Below the pieces are notes generated by a model. The model made no database searches and had not been told where the DNA came from. It worked only from the letters and a program-made list of their open reading frames with translations. From the NCBI GenBank assembly GCA_038247025.1, contig JBBRVI010000001.1, forward strand, positions 1 through 53,778: a stretch of 53,778 bases of DNA. The letters run 5' to 3'. The DNA is from Acetobacterales bacterium. Lineage in GTDB: Bacteria > Pseudomonadota > Alphaproteobacteria > Acetobacterales > Acetobacteraceae. Shown here in pieces: positions 28,369 to 37,149 of this stretch. Both the position numbers and the translations under genes were made by a program. Numbering within the stretch: position 1 is the stretch's first letter; each line of letters opens with the position of its first letter.

Positions 28369-29525
28369 ACGGACAGCATGGTGAACCGGTAGCGCACCGC
28401 CAGCGCATCAGGCTCGCGGCGGGCACGCAGTTTTGCCAGCGCCGCGTGCTGTGCTTGGTGCCGCGCAGCATCGGCCGAAGTCATGATGGCGTGCAGTGCC
28501 GCCTGCATCGCGCTTGAATCGTCACAGAGGTGGCCGATATCGCCACCCTCGCGGAACATGTCCTCGGCCAGAGCGAGACGGGTCGTAATCACGGGCCGAG
28601 CCCAGGCCAGCGCGTCGATCAGTCCACCGCTGGGCGATAGCGTGTAATAACTCGCATCGAGCGGCAGGAACACATAGTGCAGCAGCGCCAGTCGCGCGCA
28701 GAAGGCGGCGCGCGGAATGTGGCCGATCTCCACCGGATGGGCGATATCGGTGAAACGGGAGGCGTCGGTGGTATGCGGCCGCCCGCCGACGATATGGAAC
28801 TCGATGGCATCGCCATAGCGCGCACGGAACAGGCGCGCCGTGTCGAGGAACGCATCGATGCCCTTGGACGCAGTCGCCATGCCGACCAACCCAACGCGGA
28901 TGGGCAGGCAAAGCGGCGGCGGGGATATGGCCTCGGCGGAATCAAGCGGGTGCGGCAATACATCGGTGCGCGCGGCGGCATGCGGCAGCAAGCGCGCCAT
29001 CTCGCGTTGGATGCACTCCTCCAGCACCAGAAAGCGCAGCCGCGGAGTGTTGCGCTCCAGCATCGCCCGCAGGTCGAACCAGCGCCGGAACGGGTTGCGC
29101 GGACGCCAGCCGAATGCGTCGTTGAGGTTGCCATGCAGCCCGACCTGGATGCCCACCGGCCGCCCCGCCAACCGCGCCACCAGCAACGCCGCCTGGATTG
29201 CAGTGGAACTGGCCGAGGCCAGCACGATTAGCACCGGCTCACCCCGCGGCACACGCCGCATGGCCTGCCAAAGCGCGATAAACTCGTGCCAGAACCGTCG
29301 CGCCGAGACGATATGCGTCCGCCAACGGTGATAGGGTGAGAGGGTGATCTCGCGAAATTCTACCCGAGCCAGCGCCGGGTCGTGGCGCCAGCTCTCCAGA
29401 TGCGCCGCCATGCCGTGGAAGCGGACCGTGGAATGTGGGAAGGCCTTTGCGATGGTAAGGGCCAAGCCGCGATTGACCGGCACATGGCCGGTGCCGTCGC
29501 TGGTAAATTCAAAAATCAGGATCAT
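28308..29525 (-). CDS. Divergent GT-B (family 4-like) glycosyltransferase
   Basis: GHVPVN N-terminal loop, LPHP, VGMATASKG, LSPSGGLIDA; ATGA-coupled to 29522-31603. Confidence 0.72.
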   Translation of the reverse strand: MILIFEFTSDGTGHVPVNRGLALTIAKAFPHSTVRFHGMAAHLESWRHDPALARVEFREITLSPYHRWRTHIVSARRFWHEFIALWQAMRRVPRGEPVLIVLASASSTAIQAALLVARLAGRPVGIQVGLHGNLNDAFGWRPRNPFRRWFDLRAMLERNTPRLRFLVLEECIQREMARLLPHAAARTDVLPHPLDSAEAISPPPLCLPIRVGLVGMATASKGIDAFLDTARLFRARYGDAIEFHIVGGRPHTTDASRFTDIAHPVEIGHIPRAAFCARLALLHYVFLPLDASYYTLSPSGGLIDALAWARPVITTRLALAEDMFREGGDIGHLCDDSSAMQAALHAIMTSADAARHQAQHAALAKLRARREPDALAVRYRFTMLSVYPWLDGRSAPGVGALLREA

Positions 29526-31603
29526 TGCGCGCAGCCTGGCGTACGGCCCGCTATCCTAGGCATGCCACGCGGCACGATGTTCAGGACGGGGTCGCGGCGA
29601 TAGGATTCGGGCCGGGTGAAGGGGGCGTTGGCGCGGGACAGCCAGAGATAGGCCTCACGCGCATTCTCCGCCCCCGTGACATCCCAAAGTGCCGCCAGCG
29701 AGGCGAGGGCGAGCTGCGCGTAGTCACCCTCGGTCTTGCTCCAGCCATCCCCATTGGAGAGCGATGCAGCGCGGGTGGCGGCGCCGATCTCGGCCCAACT
29801 GCGCAGTGGCGCGCGGACGGAGGCGTCGGCGTTCATAGCCAACAGATAGGCAGCGCCGTCATGGCGAGCAAAGCCGCGCCCCTCCGCCAGGAAGCGGCCG
29901 GCGAGAAAATTTCCCATCCAGGCCAGCACGACGGCGGCATCCGCATTGCCTCGCCGGGCGGCGGCGGCGGTGGAGGCGAAGTAGTCCTGCTGCCAAGGCG
30001 GCAGCAGGCCAGGGGAGCCGTATTCGCCGGGGATCCAGCCATGCGCCTCGCCCTGCGCCGCGGTCCAGGCTGGCAGTTGCGCGCGCAACCATGCCCAATT
30101 GGCGCCGGCGGCCGCGCGCGCCCACACCGTCCCGGCCTCACCATCCGGCCCCGCCCAGGCCGCACCGTCGAGCTGCCGCAGCGACCAGGCAGCGCCGCGA
30201 ACCTGGTTACGGCGCACCAGATTTACGCCCTCCGCCAGGCCAGGCCTATCCGCCGTGCCGCGCGCGCCGGACCATTGGCCGAGCACATTCCAGGAGGCCT
30301 GAGCCTGCAATTCATCGAGAAACGCGCGTCGGCCGGTGAGCAGGTAGGGGACGAAGCTCAGGTCAGGCTGGTGCGACGAGACGATGTTCCATCCCGTATC
30401 GCTGGCGATGGGCTGCAAGAGGCCACCAGGGGGCGGGCCGCCGCGGCCGTCGGTCCACAGCCGCGGCCAGCGTCGCGTATCCATCCAGCCGCCCCGTGGG
30501 TCCGTGCCGTCCCAGAAATGCCAGGGAATAGCGCCAGCGGCTTCGGCCTGGCCTATGGCGAAGGCGGCTGCACGCGGATCGCCCGTCTGCAGCCAAATGG
30601 CCTGGGGTTGCGTCACTGAACCGATATCAGCACGTGCGCCACCCACGGACATGTTCTGGGTGACGCCGCGGCCGCCCAGCGCGTTCGCCCAGGCACGTTG
30701 GCGCATCGCCTCCGCCATGGCGGCCAGCAATGCAGGCTCCACGCCGGTTGTGAGATCGTAGCGTGGCACGGCGCCAACCTCGGCCAGATAGGCTGTGTCA
30801 TGGCGGATGAGGGGCGGCGGGTGGCGGGTGCCGACCAGCCGGCCCCAGCCCGTGTACTGGTGTTGGTGAACCCCTTCCGCGACCAGCGCCTTGGCGCCGT
30901 TCAGCGACATGTCCAGCGTGTAGGTCAACGGTCCGCCGCCCGGTCGCATCGCGACGTCATTGCGTGCCCACAGGTCGATGCGGCATACGCCATCGGCGAA
31001 AAGGGTCATATCGGCAACCAGCCTGAGCGAGGTGACGCTTACTCCTGTCACCGGAAGCATCACCCGTGCCTGCACCGCCAATGGCCCTTCCTGCCACAGC
31101 GGACCCTCCCGGGTGGTCAGCACGCCGCGTAGCAATTCCATCAGGTCCAGCGTGGTGCCGCCCAGGGTTACCTCAGCCCGGTGCCGGGCAAGCAGGGCTG
31201 CGATGTCAAGCCGCCCCATTGGGGCGCGGCTGCTCTCGCGCGTCAGCACCACGCCGGCACGGGCGGCAGGGGCCAAGGCGGGTGCCGCCAGCGAGATCAC
31301 GGCGAAACGGGCCGAGCCATCGGCATGGCGCGTCTTGATGTCGCATTGCACCGTCACGGCACCGCCCTGCCTTCCGGCCAGCCGCGCGCCCAGGGCCACA
31401 TCACGTGGCAAGTCGCCCGCGCGGAAGGCCTGACCAAAAACCGCAATTGCGGCCGCCGGCTCTCCTTGCCCTTCCAGCAAGAGGCCTACAATGTCCCCTG
31501 GTTGATCTACGCACGGCATTTGAGCCGTCATCACCTGGGCCGCCACAGGGCGGTGCAGAAGAAGACCAGGCGCAACCAGCACTGCGCGACGATCAAGTGT
31601 CAT
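29522..31603 (-). CDS. Uncharacterised polysaccharide-lyase-like protein (PcRGLX/YetA-like N-terminus) with probable Tat signal
   Basis: MTLDRRAVL...PVAAQ twin-Arg leader; FGQAFRAGD...KTRHADGS barrel motif; long blocks identical to the 4624-8859 core; ATGA-coupled on both sides. Confidence 0.85.
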   Translation of the reverse strand: MTLDRRAVLVAPGLLLHRPVAAQVMTAQMPCVDQPGDIVGLLLEGQGEPAAAIAVFGQAFRAGDLPRDVALGARLAGRQGGAVTVQCDIKTRHADGSARFAVISLAAPALAPAARAGVVLTRESSRAPMGRLDIAALLARHRAEVTLGGTTLDLMELLRGVLTTREGPLWQEGPLAVQARVMLPVTGVSVTSLRLVADMTLFADGVCRIDLWARNDVAMRPGGGPLTYTLDMSLNGAKALVAEGVHQHQYTGWGRLVGTRHPPPLIRHDTAYLAEVGAVPRYDLTTGVEPALLAAMAEAMRQRAWANALGGRGVTQNMSVGGARADIGSVTQPQAIWLQTGDPRAAAFAIGQAEAAGAIPWHFWDGTDPRGGWMDTRRWPRLWTDGRGGPPPGGLLQPIASDTGWNIVSSHQPDLSFVPYLLTGRRAFLDELQAQASWNVLGQWSGARGTADRPGLAEGVNLVRRNQVRGAAWSLRQLDGAAWAGPDGEAGTVWARAAAGANWAWLRAQLPAWTAAQGEAHGWIPGEYGSPGLLPPWQQDYFASTAAAARRGNADAAVVLAWMGNFLAGRFLAEGRGFARHDGAAYLLAMNADASVRAPLRSWAEIGAATRAASLSNGDGWSKTEGDYAQLALASLAALWDVTGAENAREAYLWLSRANAPFTRPESYRRDPVLNIVPRGMPRIAGRTPGCAQ

Positions 31604-32775
31604 GAATGCACCACCAATTGGCGAAAGAGCCGCAACTGGCCCTGCGTGGTTTCCTCCCAGCCGAACCGCTCAGCATGGGCGCGCGTGGCTGCGCGATCCG
31701 GCGGTGAGGCCAGTAAGCCCAGGACGGCCGCTGCGATGGTCTGGGGCGTTGTCTCCTCCAGAACCAGCCCAGCCGCGGGGGTGCTGACAGCCTCCCGGCT
31801 GCCCCATGCGGGGCTGGCGATGACTGGCGTGCCGGAGGCCATCGCCTCCAGCAGTACATTGGCCCACCCCTCACGGCTCGAAGCCAGCACCAGCGCATCG
31901 GCGGCGGCGTAGATGCCCGGAAGTTGGTTGTGCGGCACAGCGCCGGCGAGATGGACGCGATCCGCAACACCCAGCCCACGGGCCAGGGCAAGAAGCGTGG
32001 CGCGCTGCGGCCCTTCGCCCACGATGGTCAGCGCGTGGCCGGGCAGCAGCGGCAGCGCGCGGATGATGAGGTCATGCCCCTTGCGCGGGATCAACAACCC
32101 CACCGAGAGCAGATGACGATGGCCTGAAGGGAGCGCGGAAATAGGGTCCCGGGGCGGTTGGAATAATGCGAGGTCCACGCCGTTGCGCAGAACCACGACC
32201 TTGGCCCCCGGGGCGCCCAGAGCGACCAGGCCCTCCTTCAGGCCGCTGCTCACCGCCACGAGCCCGTCTGCCCGGGTGATCGCGGTGCGGATCATCCAAC
32301 GTGGCAGCCGGTATCGCGGCAGCAAGCTGATGTCCGAGCCACGCGCCGTGATGACGACGGGCAGGCCAAACTCACGCCCCAGCCAGATCGCTGCGACACC
32401 GTCCGGATAAAGATAATGCGCATCTATCACATCGAAGCGCTGGCCCTGTGCGATCAGCCCAGAGAGGGCCCGCCGTGCGGTGCGGAACAATGTCCATGGG
32501 TTGCTCCACATTCCCAAGGCCGGCAGCGCGAGGTAGCGAGGATGCAGCACAGTGATACCGTGGCGGACCTCGCTCTCCGCAACAGTGGGGTAACGCGGTG
32601 ATCGTCCTTCTTGCAGGGGCAACCAGGGCACGGGCGCCAGCACGGTTGCGGTGGCGTCACCGCTTTGTACCAGGTGCTGCAGGCGGTTCTCGACGAAGAC
32701 GCCATGATGAGGCTGCGCGGGGTTCGGATAGAGGGTGCTGAAGGTCAGGAGCCGCACGGGTCCTGCGCGCGGCAT
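31600..32775 (-). CDS. Glycosyltransferase family 4 (TuaC-like)
   Basis: FSTLYP, HGVFVE, DAHYLYPDG, TARGSD, RKGHD, EGWANVLLEAMASG; alternative start at 32844. Confidence 0.9.
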   Translation of the reverse strand: MPRAGPVRLLTFSTLYPNPAQPHHGVFVENRLQHLVQSGDATATVLAPVPWLPLQEGRSPRYPTVAESEVRHGITVLHPRYLALPALGMWSNPWTLFRTARRALSGLIAQGQRFDVIDAHYLYPDGVAAIWLGREFGLPVVITARGSDISLLPRYRLPRWMIRTAITRADGLVAVSSGLKEGLVALGAPGAKVVVLRNGVDLALFQPPRDPISALPSGHRHLLSVGLLIPRKGHDLIIRALPLLPGHALTIVGEGPQRATLLALARGLGVADRVHLAGAVPHNQLPGIYAAADALVLASSREGWANVLLEAMASGTPVIASPAWGSREAVSTPAAGLVLEETTPQTIAAAVLGLLASPPDRAATRAHAERFGWEETTQGQLRLFRQLVVHS

Positions 32776-32968
32776 CGGCGTGGGCACGGCCCCGCCATCC
32801 ACTGGGGCTTGGCGCTTGTGAAGCGGGGGGTGCAGCTTTGTCATCCTCTGCTGACTCCGGCATGTCGAAGGGTGACCAGGCGTTCTTTGACAGCATCTCC
32901 AAACGCGCGGCCCAGATGGCCAGCCAAGCGATGCCGCCCAGCATGGCCAGAAAATACAGCCCATCCAT
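32657..32968 (-). CDS. Putative small single-pass membrane protein
   Basis: ATG 25 nt after the ligase stop with AAGGG upstream; hydrophobic LYFLAMLGGIAWLAIWAA then WSPFDM; low-complexity tail overlaps the GT4. Confidence 0.5.
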   Translation of the reverse strand: MDGLYFLAMLGGIAWLAIWAARLEMLSKNAWSPFDMPESAEDDKAAPPASQAPSPSGWRGRAHADAARRTRAAPDLQHPLSEPRAASSWRLRREPPAAPGTKR

Positions 32969-32992
32969 CGGATGCCCTTTTCACCATCTCGT

Positions 32993-34339
32993 TCATGCCG
33001 GACGCCAGCCTCGTGGCCGGCCCCCTGGTCGACTTGGGAGCCGACCAGGGGCCGGCTCGCGACTGTTCCCGGACGGCATGCCGCGCTCCGCCAGGGCAGG
33101 CACGGTGGCCCGCAGCGCCAACCCATGTGCCGCCCCCACAACCACCAGCAGCGTCCAGTAGAAGTCCCAGTAGCTGAGCGACAAAAAGCTGCCTGCGACG
33201 AGGTAGGCCACCATGGAAACCTGCGTCATTCGGGCCAGATCGTAAGCCCAGACCAAGTCGGCCCGCCCTTTGGAGAGCCGGACCAGTCGCCACGAATACC
33301 AGGCCCCCGCAAGCGTCAGTCCGAACCATACGGAGAAGGTCACGAAACCCTGTTCGCCTAGTAGTTCGAACCATATGCTGTGGACGGCGCGCGCCGGCCC
33401 GCCCGGCTCCACCTGGTCCACCACGGCTTGCGAATAGGGGCCCGTAAATCCTGTTCCGACCAGCGGACGCGCCAGCGCGAGGCGCCAGGAAATCCCCCAC
33501 AGCACCAGGCGGCCAGTGGCGCTGGCATCCTCCTGATAAGTGTTGATCGTGGACATGCGTTCGGCCCATTGGGGCGGCATGAAGGCTATGGTTCCAGCAA
33601 GCGCCACACCCATGACCGCACCCGAGATCAACTTGGCCCGGCCGCGCAGCCACAGCACGACGACCACAGCCGCAAGCCCAAGGAAAGCCCCGCGTGAATA
33701 GCTGGCCACCACTGCCAGCAAAGTGAGGCCCATCGCCACCGCGAGGCCCACGCGGACAAGACGATGGCGGGACTGCATGCGCAAGTAGTTCATCAGCGGC
33801 AACACCACCAGCATAGCTGCCGCCAGATGGTTGTTGTCCGAGATCATGGTCTGCGGCGGGCCCCAGACGCGGTAGTTGCCACCCGTCACCAACGAGAAAA
33901 TGCCGCCGCGCACGCCGTAATACCCGATCGAGATGACCATGACCCAAACCAAAGCGTGAATGCGCCAGCGGTCGGTCAGCAGGGCGCTGGTGACGAGCAG
34001 GCCCAGCAACACCTTCATCACCGTCTCGTACTTGTCCCACATAGGCCCTGGCGGCGCGATCGACGCCAGCGAGGTGGCCGTGAAGCAGACCATCAGCATC
34101 ACCAGCAGCAGCGTGATGGCGTTGAGCACGGGCTGCCGCGGCTCACGCGCGATCACGCAACCCACCATCGTGGCAAGGAACACCGCGGCTGCCCATGGCA
34201 ACTCGCTCGCCGCGCCCCAGACCAGGCGGTGTGGATTCATGAAGGAAATCCACGACCACAGCAGCACGCCCACGAAGGGCCGCGCTACCGCCAACGGCAG
34301 CAGCGCGAGCATGGCGGCGATGAAGGCGGCATCACGCAT
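32993..34339 (-). CDS. Exosortase-A-associated O-glycosylation ligase / Wzy-like polymerase
   Basis: Multi-TM; WISFMNPHRL, DNN, SYSRGAFLGL, SATGRL..W, PLVGTG, HSIWFELLGEQG. Confidence 0.9.
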   Translation of the reverse strand: MRDAAFIAAMLALLPLAVARPFVGVLLWSWISFMNPHRLVWGAASELPWAAAVFLATMVGCVIAREPRQPVLNAITLLLVMLMVCFTATSLASIAPPGPMWDKYETVMKVLLGLLVTSALLTDRWRIHALVWVMVISIGYYGVRGGIFSLVTGGNYRVWGPPQTMISDNNHLAAAMLVVLPLMNYLRMQSRHRLVRVGLAVAMGLTLLAVVASYSRGAFLGLAAVVVVLWLRGRAKLISGAVMGVALAGTIAFMPPQWAERMSTINTYQEDASATGRLVLWGISWRLALARPLVGTGFTGPYSQAVVDQVEPGGPARAVHSIWFELLGEQGFVTFSVWFGLTLAGAWYSWRLVRLSKGRADLVWAYDLARMTQVSMVAYLVAGSFLSLSYWDFYWTLLVVVGAAHGLALRATVPALAERGMPSGNSREPAPGRLPSRPGGRPRGWRPA

Positions 34340-34348
34340 CGCGCGGGA

Positions 34349-37138
34349 TCAGTGCTGCAATTGGCGGAGCAGGCGCTCCGCCTCGGCGCGTTCGGCGAAA
34401 GCAGTGGAGGAAGCGAGCAGCGGCGTGAGCACGCCCACCGCCTCCTGCCGCTGCCCGGCCGCATTCAACGTATGAGCGAGGCGATAGCTGATTCCACCCA
34501 GATTGGGCGTATCCCGCGCGCCGGTTGCGGCCTGCCGCAGCAGCGGCAACGCCAGGCGCGTGTCGCCCGCCTGCGCGAGGATCCAGCCCAGTGTATCGGC
34601 CGCTTCGGGGCTGGGCTGGAGGTAATACGCCCGCTGCGCAAGCTGCCGGGCCTCGGCCAGGCGGTCGGGGCCGCCCTGCTGGCCCAGAACCCAGGCGAGG
34701 TTGTTCAGCGTGGTTGCATCCTCCGGCGCCTGGGCTGCGATTCGGCGCAGCCGGGCCTCGGCTTCAACCAACCGCTCCGCCACGATATCGAGCTGCGCGA
34801 GGATGGCCTGTGCCGCCATGTCATCTCCTGCGGCTTCCATCCAGCGGCTCAGGGCGGCCGCTGCCTCGTCAGGCCGCCCCGCCGCCCGCAAGGCAGTGGC
34901 CAGGCGAAGGGCAAGCGGCGCGGAGGGAGCGCGCGACAGAAGCTCGTTATAAGCCTCTGCGGCCTCCTGAGGGCGGCGCATGCTCAGCAGGAGATCGCCG
35001 CGCATGCTTGCCATGGCGGGCGTGGCACCCGCCGCAGCGCCGATGCGGCTTGCTTCCGCGAGGGCCGCTTCCGGCCCCTGCGACTGCAGCTGCAAACCCA
35101 GAAGCGACTGCAGCAGCGCCGTGTCGGTCGGGCTGGCGCGAAGCCCTTCGCGGAGTGTGGCTTCGGCCACGCGCGCATTGCCGCCGCGCAGCAACAGCAT
35201 CGCCAATTGCCGCCTCGCATTGACCGAACCAGGCTCTTCGGCGAGAGCCTCACGCGCGGCGGTTTCTGCCTGCGGCAGCTCACCCGCTAGCAGATGTACT
35301 TCCGATCGAGCGAGCGGCACAGCGGCACCGCGCTGCTGCCGCAATGCTGGTGTTTGCAGAAGCGCCACGGCGGTCACGAAGTCCTGCTGGCGCGCCAATA
35401 CCTGTGCAAGCGTCAGCGCCAGTTGCACTTCCGCCGGGTGGGCTGCTTGTGCCGTGCTGAGTGCCGCGCGTGCCGCCGGGGCCGAGGGCGCGTCGGAGAG
35501 TGCGATGGCAGCGAGCCGCTGCGACGCCTCAGCCTGCGCCGGCTCCCGCTGAAGGGCTTGGCCAAGCTGCGTGACCGCCTGCTCCGTGCGGCCTTGCAGC
35601 ATCTCCACACGAGCGAGCCCCATTCGGGCAGCGACGTTGTTGGGGAATTGCCGAAGCGTTTCCTCGAAGCGTGAGCGCGCCCCAGGCAGGTCGATCCGAA
35701 CGAGGCGAAGGGTGCCATCCAGCAATCCGGCGACCTCGCCGCGCCGCGTGGCAGGGTCCATCCGTTCCAGCTCGGCCGCCGCCCCGTCCAGATCCCCGCG
35801 CGCAAGGGCGCTGACCACGAGCATCTCACGCATGCCAGGTTGGCCCGGTGCCAAACGCATGGCCTGCCGCGCGTCGTCCTGTGCGGTGGCGACATCACCC
35901 GCCATCAGCCGCGCCATGGCCAGGCGCGCGCGGAAATCCGCATTCGCGGGCGAGAGCCGCGCCGCCTGTTCCAACGCGGTGGCGGCCGCTGCCGGGCGTC
36001 CAGCCGAAGCCTCGGCCCGACCCAACATATCGAAAAATTCAGCGTCGTTGAGACCATTCGCGCTTGCCCGGCGCAGCACCGCCGCCGCGTCTGACGGGCG
36101 GCCGGCCTCCATCTCGATGGCGGCCAGCAGTTTGGCTCCGCGCAACTCTTCGGGCCAGCGGGCGACATGGCGCCGTGCTGCATCCTCGGCCTGCGCCGAT
36201 TGACCGAGGCCGCGCTTGGCTGTGGCCATCAGCAGCAACCCATCTGGAAAATTACCAATCTGTGGGCCAAGGCGCTGCAGCACCGTATCCGTGCCGCGCC
36301 AGTCTCGTTGGCCCGCCAGCAGAATGGCGCGCAGATAGAGGCCGATGGCGTTGTTGGGCATCGCGGTCAGCACCGCATCCACATCCGTCCGCGCGCGGTC
36401 AGGCGCACCCGTCCGCAGAAGCACCTCGGCACGGCGCAAGCGGGCCGCCACATCAGCGGGCGCGCGGGAGACGATCCGGCCCAGACTGTCCAGCGAACCC
36501 GCCACATCGCCGCGCTCCAGCTGCAGCATCCCCTTGCGCATCAAGGCCCCGGCCATGGTGGGATTGGTCCGCAGGACGCGATCGACATGCGCCTCAGACG
36601 CGGCGAGGTCGCCATCCTCCCGAGCCAGCGCGGCGGCGGCCAGAGCGGGCTCGACGGCCGCGCCATCGAGGCGCATCGCAAGTGCGACGGAGTGGCGCGC
36701 CGCCTCTCTCTCACCCAACACGAGCTGCGCCAGCGCTCGACCAGCCGCCACCTGTGCCGCGACCGCAGGCGGCGCGCTGCGGTCAGGCTCGGGGAGGTCC
36801 GTCAGCAGTTCGCGCGCCTTGCCCTGTGAGAGGTAGACTCGCACCAGCAGGGCGGTGCCAGCGGCCGGGTCAAAGCCGCGCTGCATGGCAGCGCGCGCTT
36901 CGCGTTCGGCTGTGTCCATGTCACCCAAGTCAAGGCTGATGGCCGCCAGGCCAGCGCGCGCCGCACCTTGGTCAGGGGCCGCGCGCACCGCGTTGCGCCA
37001 TTCGAGCTGGGCAGCCCGCAAATCGCCACGATCCTGGGCCGCGACCGCTCGCTCTCGCGGGCCATTGGCGAGGCCCGGTGTCACGCAGCCCAAGCTGACA
37101 GCAAGGGCTGCGACAAGGATTTTGGGGGTATTGGGCAT
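34349..37138 (-). CDS. prsT: PEP-CTERM system TPR-repeat protein PrsT
   Basis: N-terminal signal; about 900 aa of TPR-like helices; LNNLAW...ADTLGWIL; directly downstream of prsK-prsR. Confidence 0.9.
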   Translation of the reverse strand: MPNTPKILVAALAVSLGCVTPGLANGPRERAVAAQDRGDLRAAQLEWRNAVRAAPDQGAARAGLAAISLDLGDMDTAEREARAAMQRGFDPAAGTALLVRVYLSQGKARELLTDLPEPDRSAPPAVAAQVAAGRALAQLVLGEREAARHSVALAMRLDGAAVEPALAAAALAREDGDLAASEAHVDRVLRTNPTMAGALMRKGMLQLERGDVAGSLDSLGRIVSRAPADVAARLRRAEVLLRTGAPDRARTDVDAVLTAMPNNAIGLYLRAILLAGQRDWRGTDTVLQRLGPQIGNFPDGLLLMATAKRGLGQSAQAEDAARRHVARWPEELRGAKLLAAIEMEAGRPSDAAAVLRRASANGLNDAEFFDMLGRAEASAGRPAAAATALEQAARLSPANADFRARLAMARLMAGDVATAQDDARQAMRLAPGQPGMREMLVVSALARGDLDGAAAELERMDPATRRGEVAGLLDGTLRLVRIDLPGARSRFEETLRQFPNNVAARMGLARVEMLQGRTEQAVTQLGQALQREPAQAEASQRLAAIALSDAPSAPAARAALSTAQAAHPAEVQLALTLAQVLARQQDFVTAVALLQTPALRQQRGAAVPLARSEVHLLAGELPQAETAAREALAEEPGSVNARRQLAMLLLRGGNARVAEATLREGLRASPTDTALLQSLLGLQLQSQGPEAALAEASRIGAAAGATPAMASMRGDLLLSMRRPQEAAEAYNELLSRAPSAPLALRLATALRAAGRPDEAAAALSRWMEAAGDDMAAQAILAQLDIVAERLVEAEARLRRIAAQAPEDATTLNNLAWVLGQQGGPDRLAEARQLAQRAYYLQPSPEAADTLGWILAQAGDTRLALPLLRQAATGARDTPNLGGISYRLAHTLNAAGQRQEAVGVLTPLLASSTAFAERAEAERLLRQLQH

Positions 37139-37149
37139 CTCGGCCTCCG

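Noticed and set aside
33764-35290. Long antisense ORFs (e.g. 508 aa here; 20701-22236; 47819-49213; 4628-5701)
   Set aside because: Shadow frames of well-supported genes in high-GC DNA
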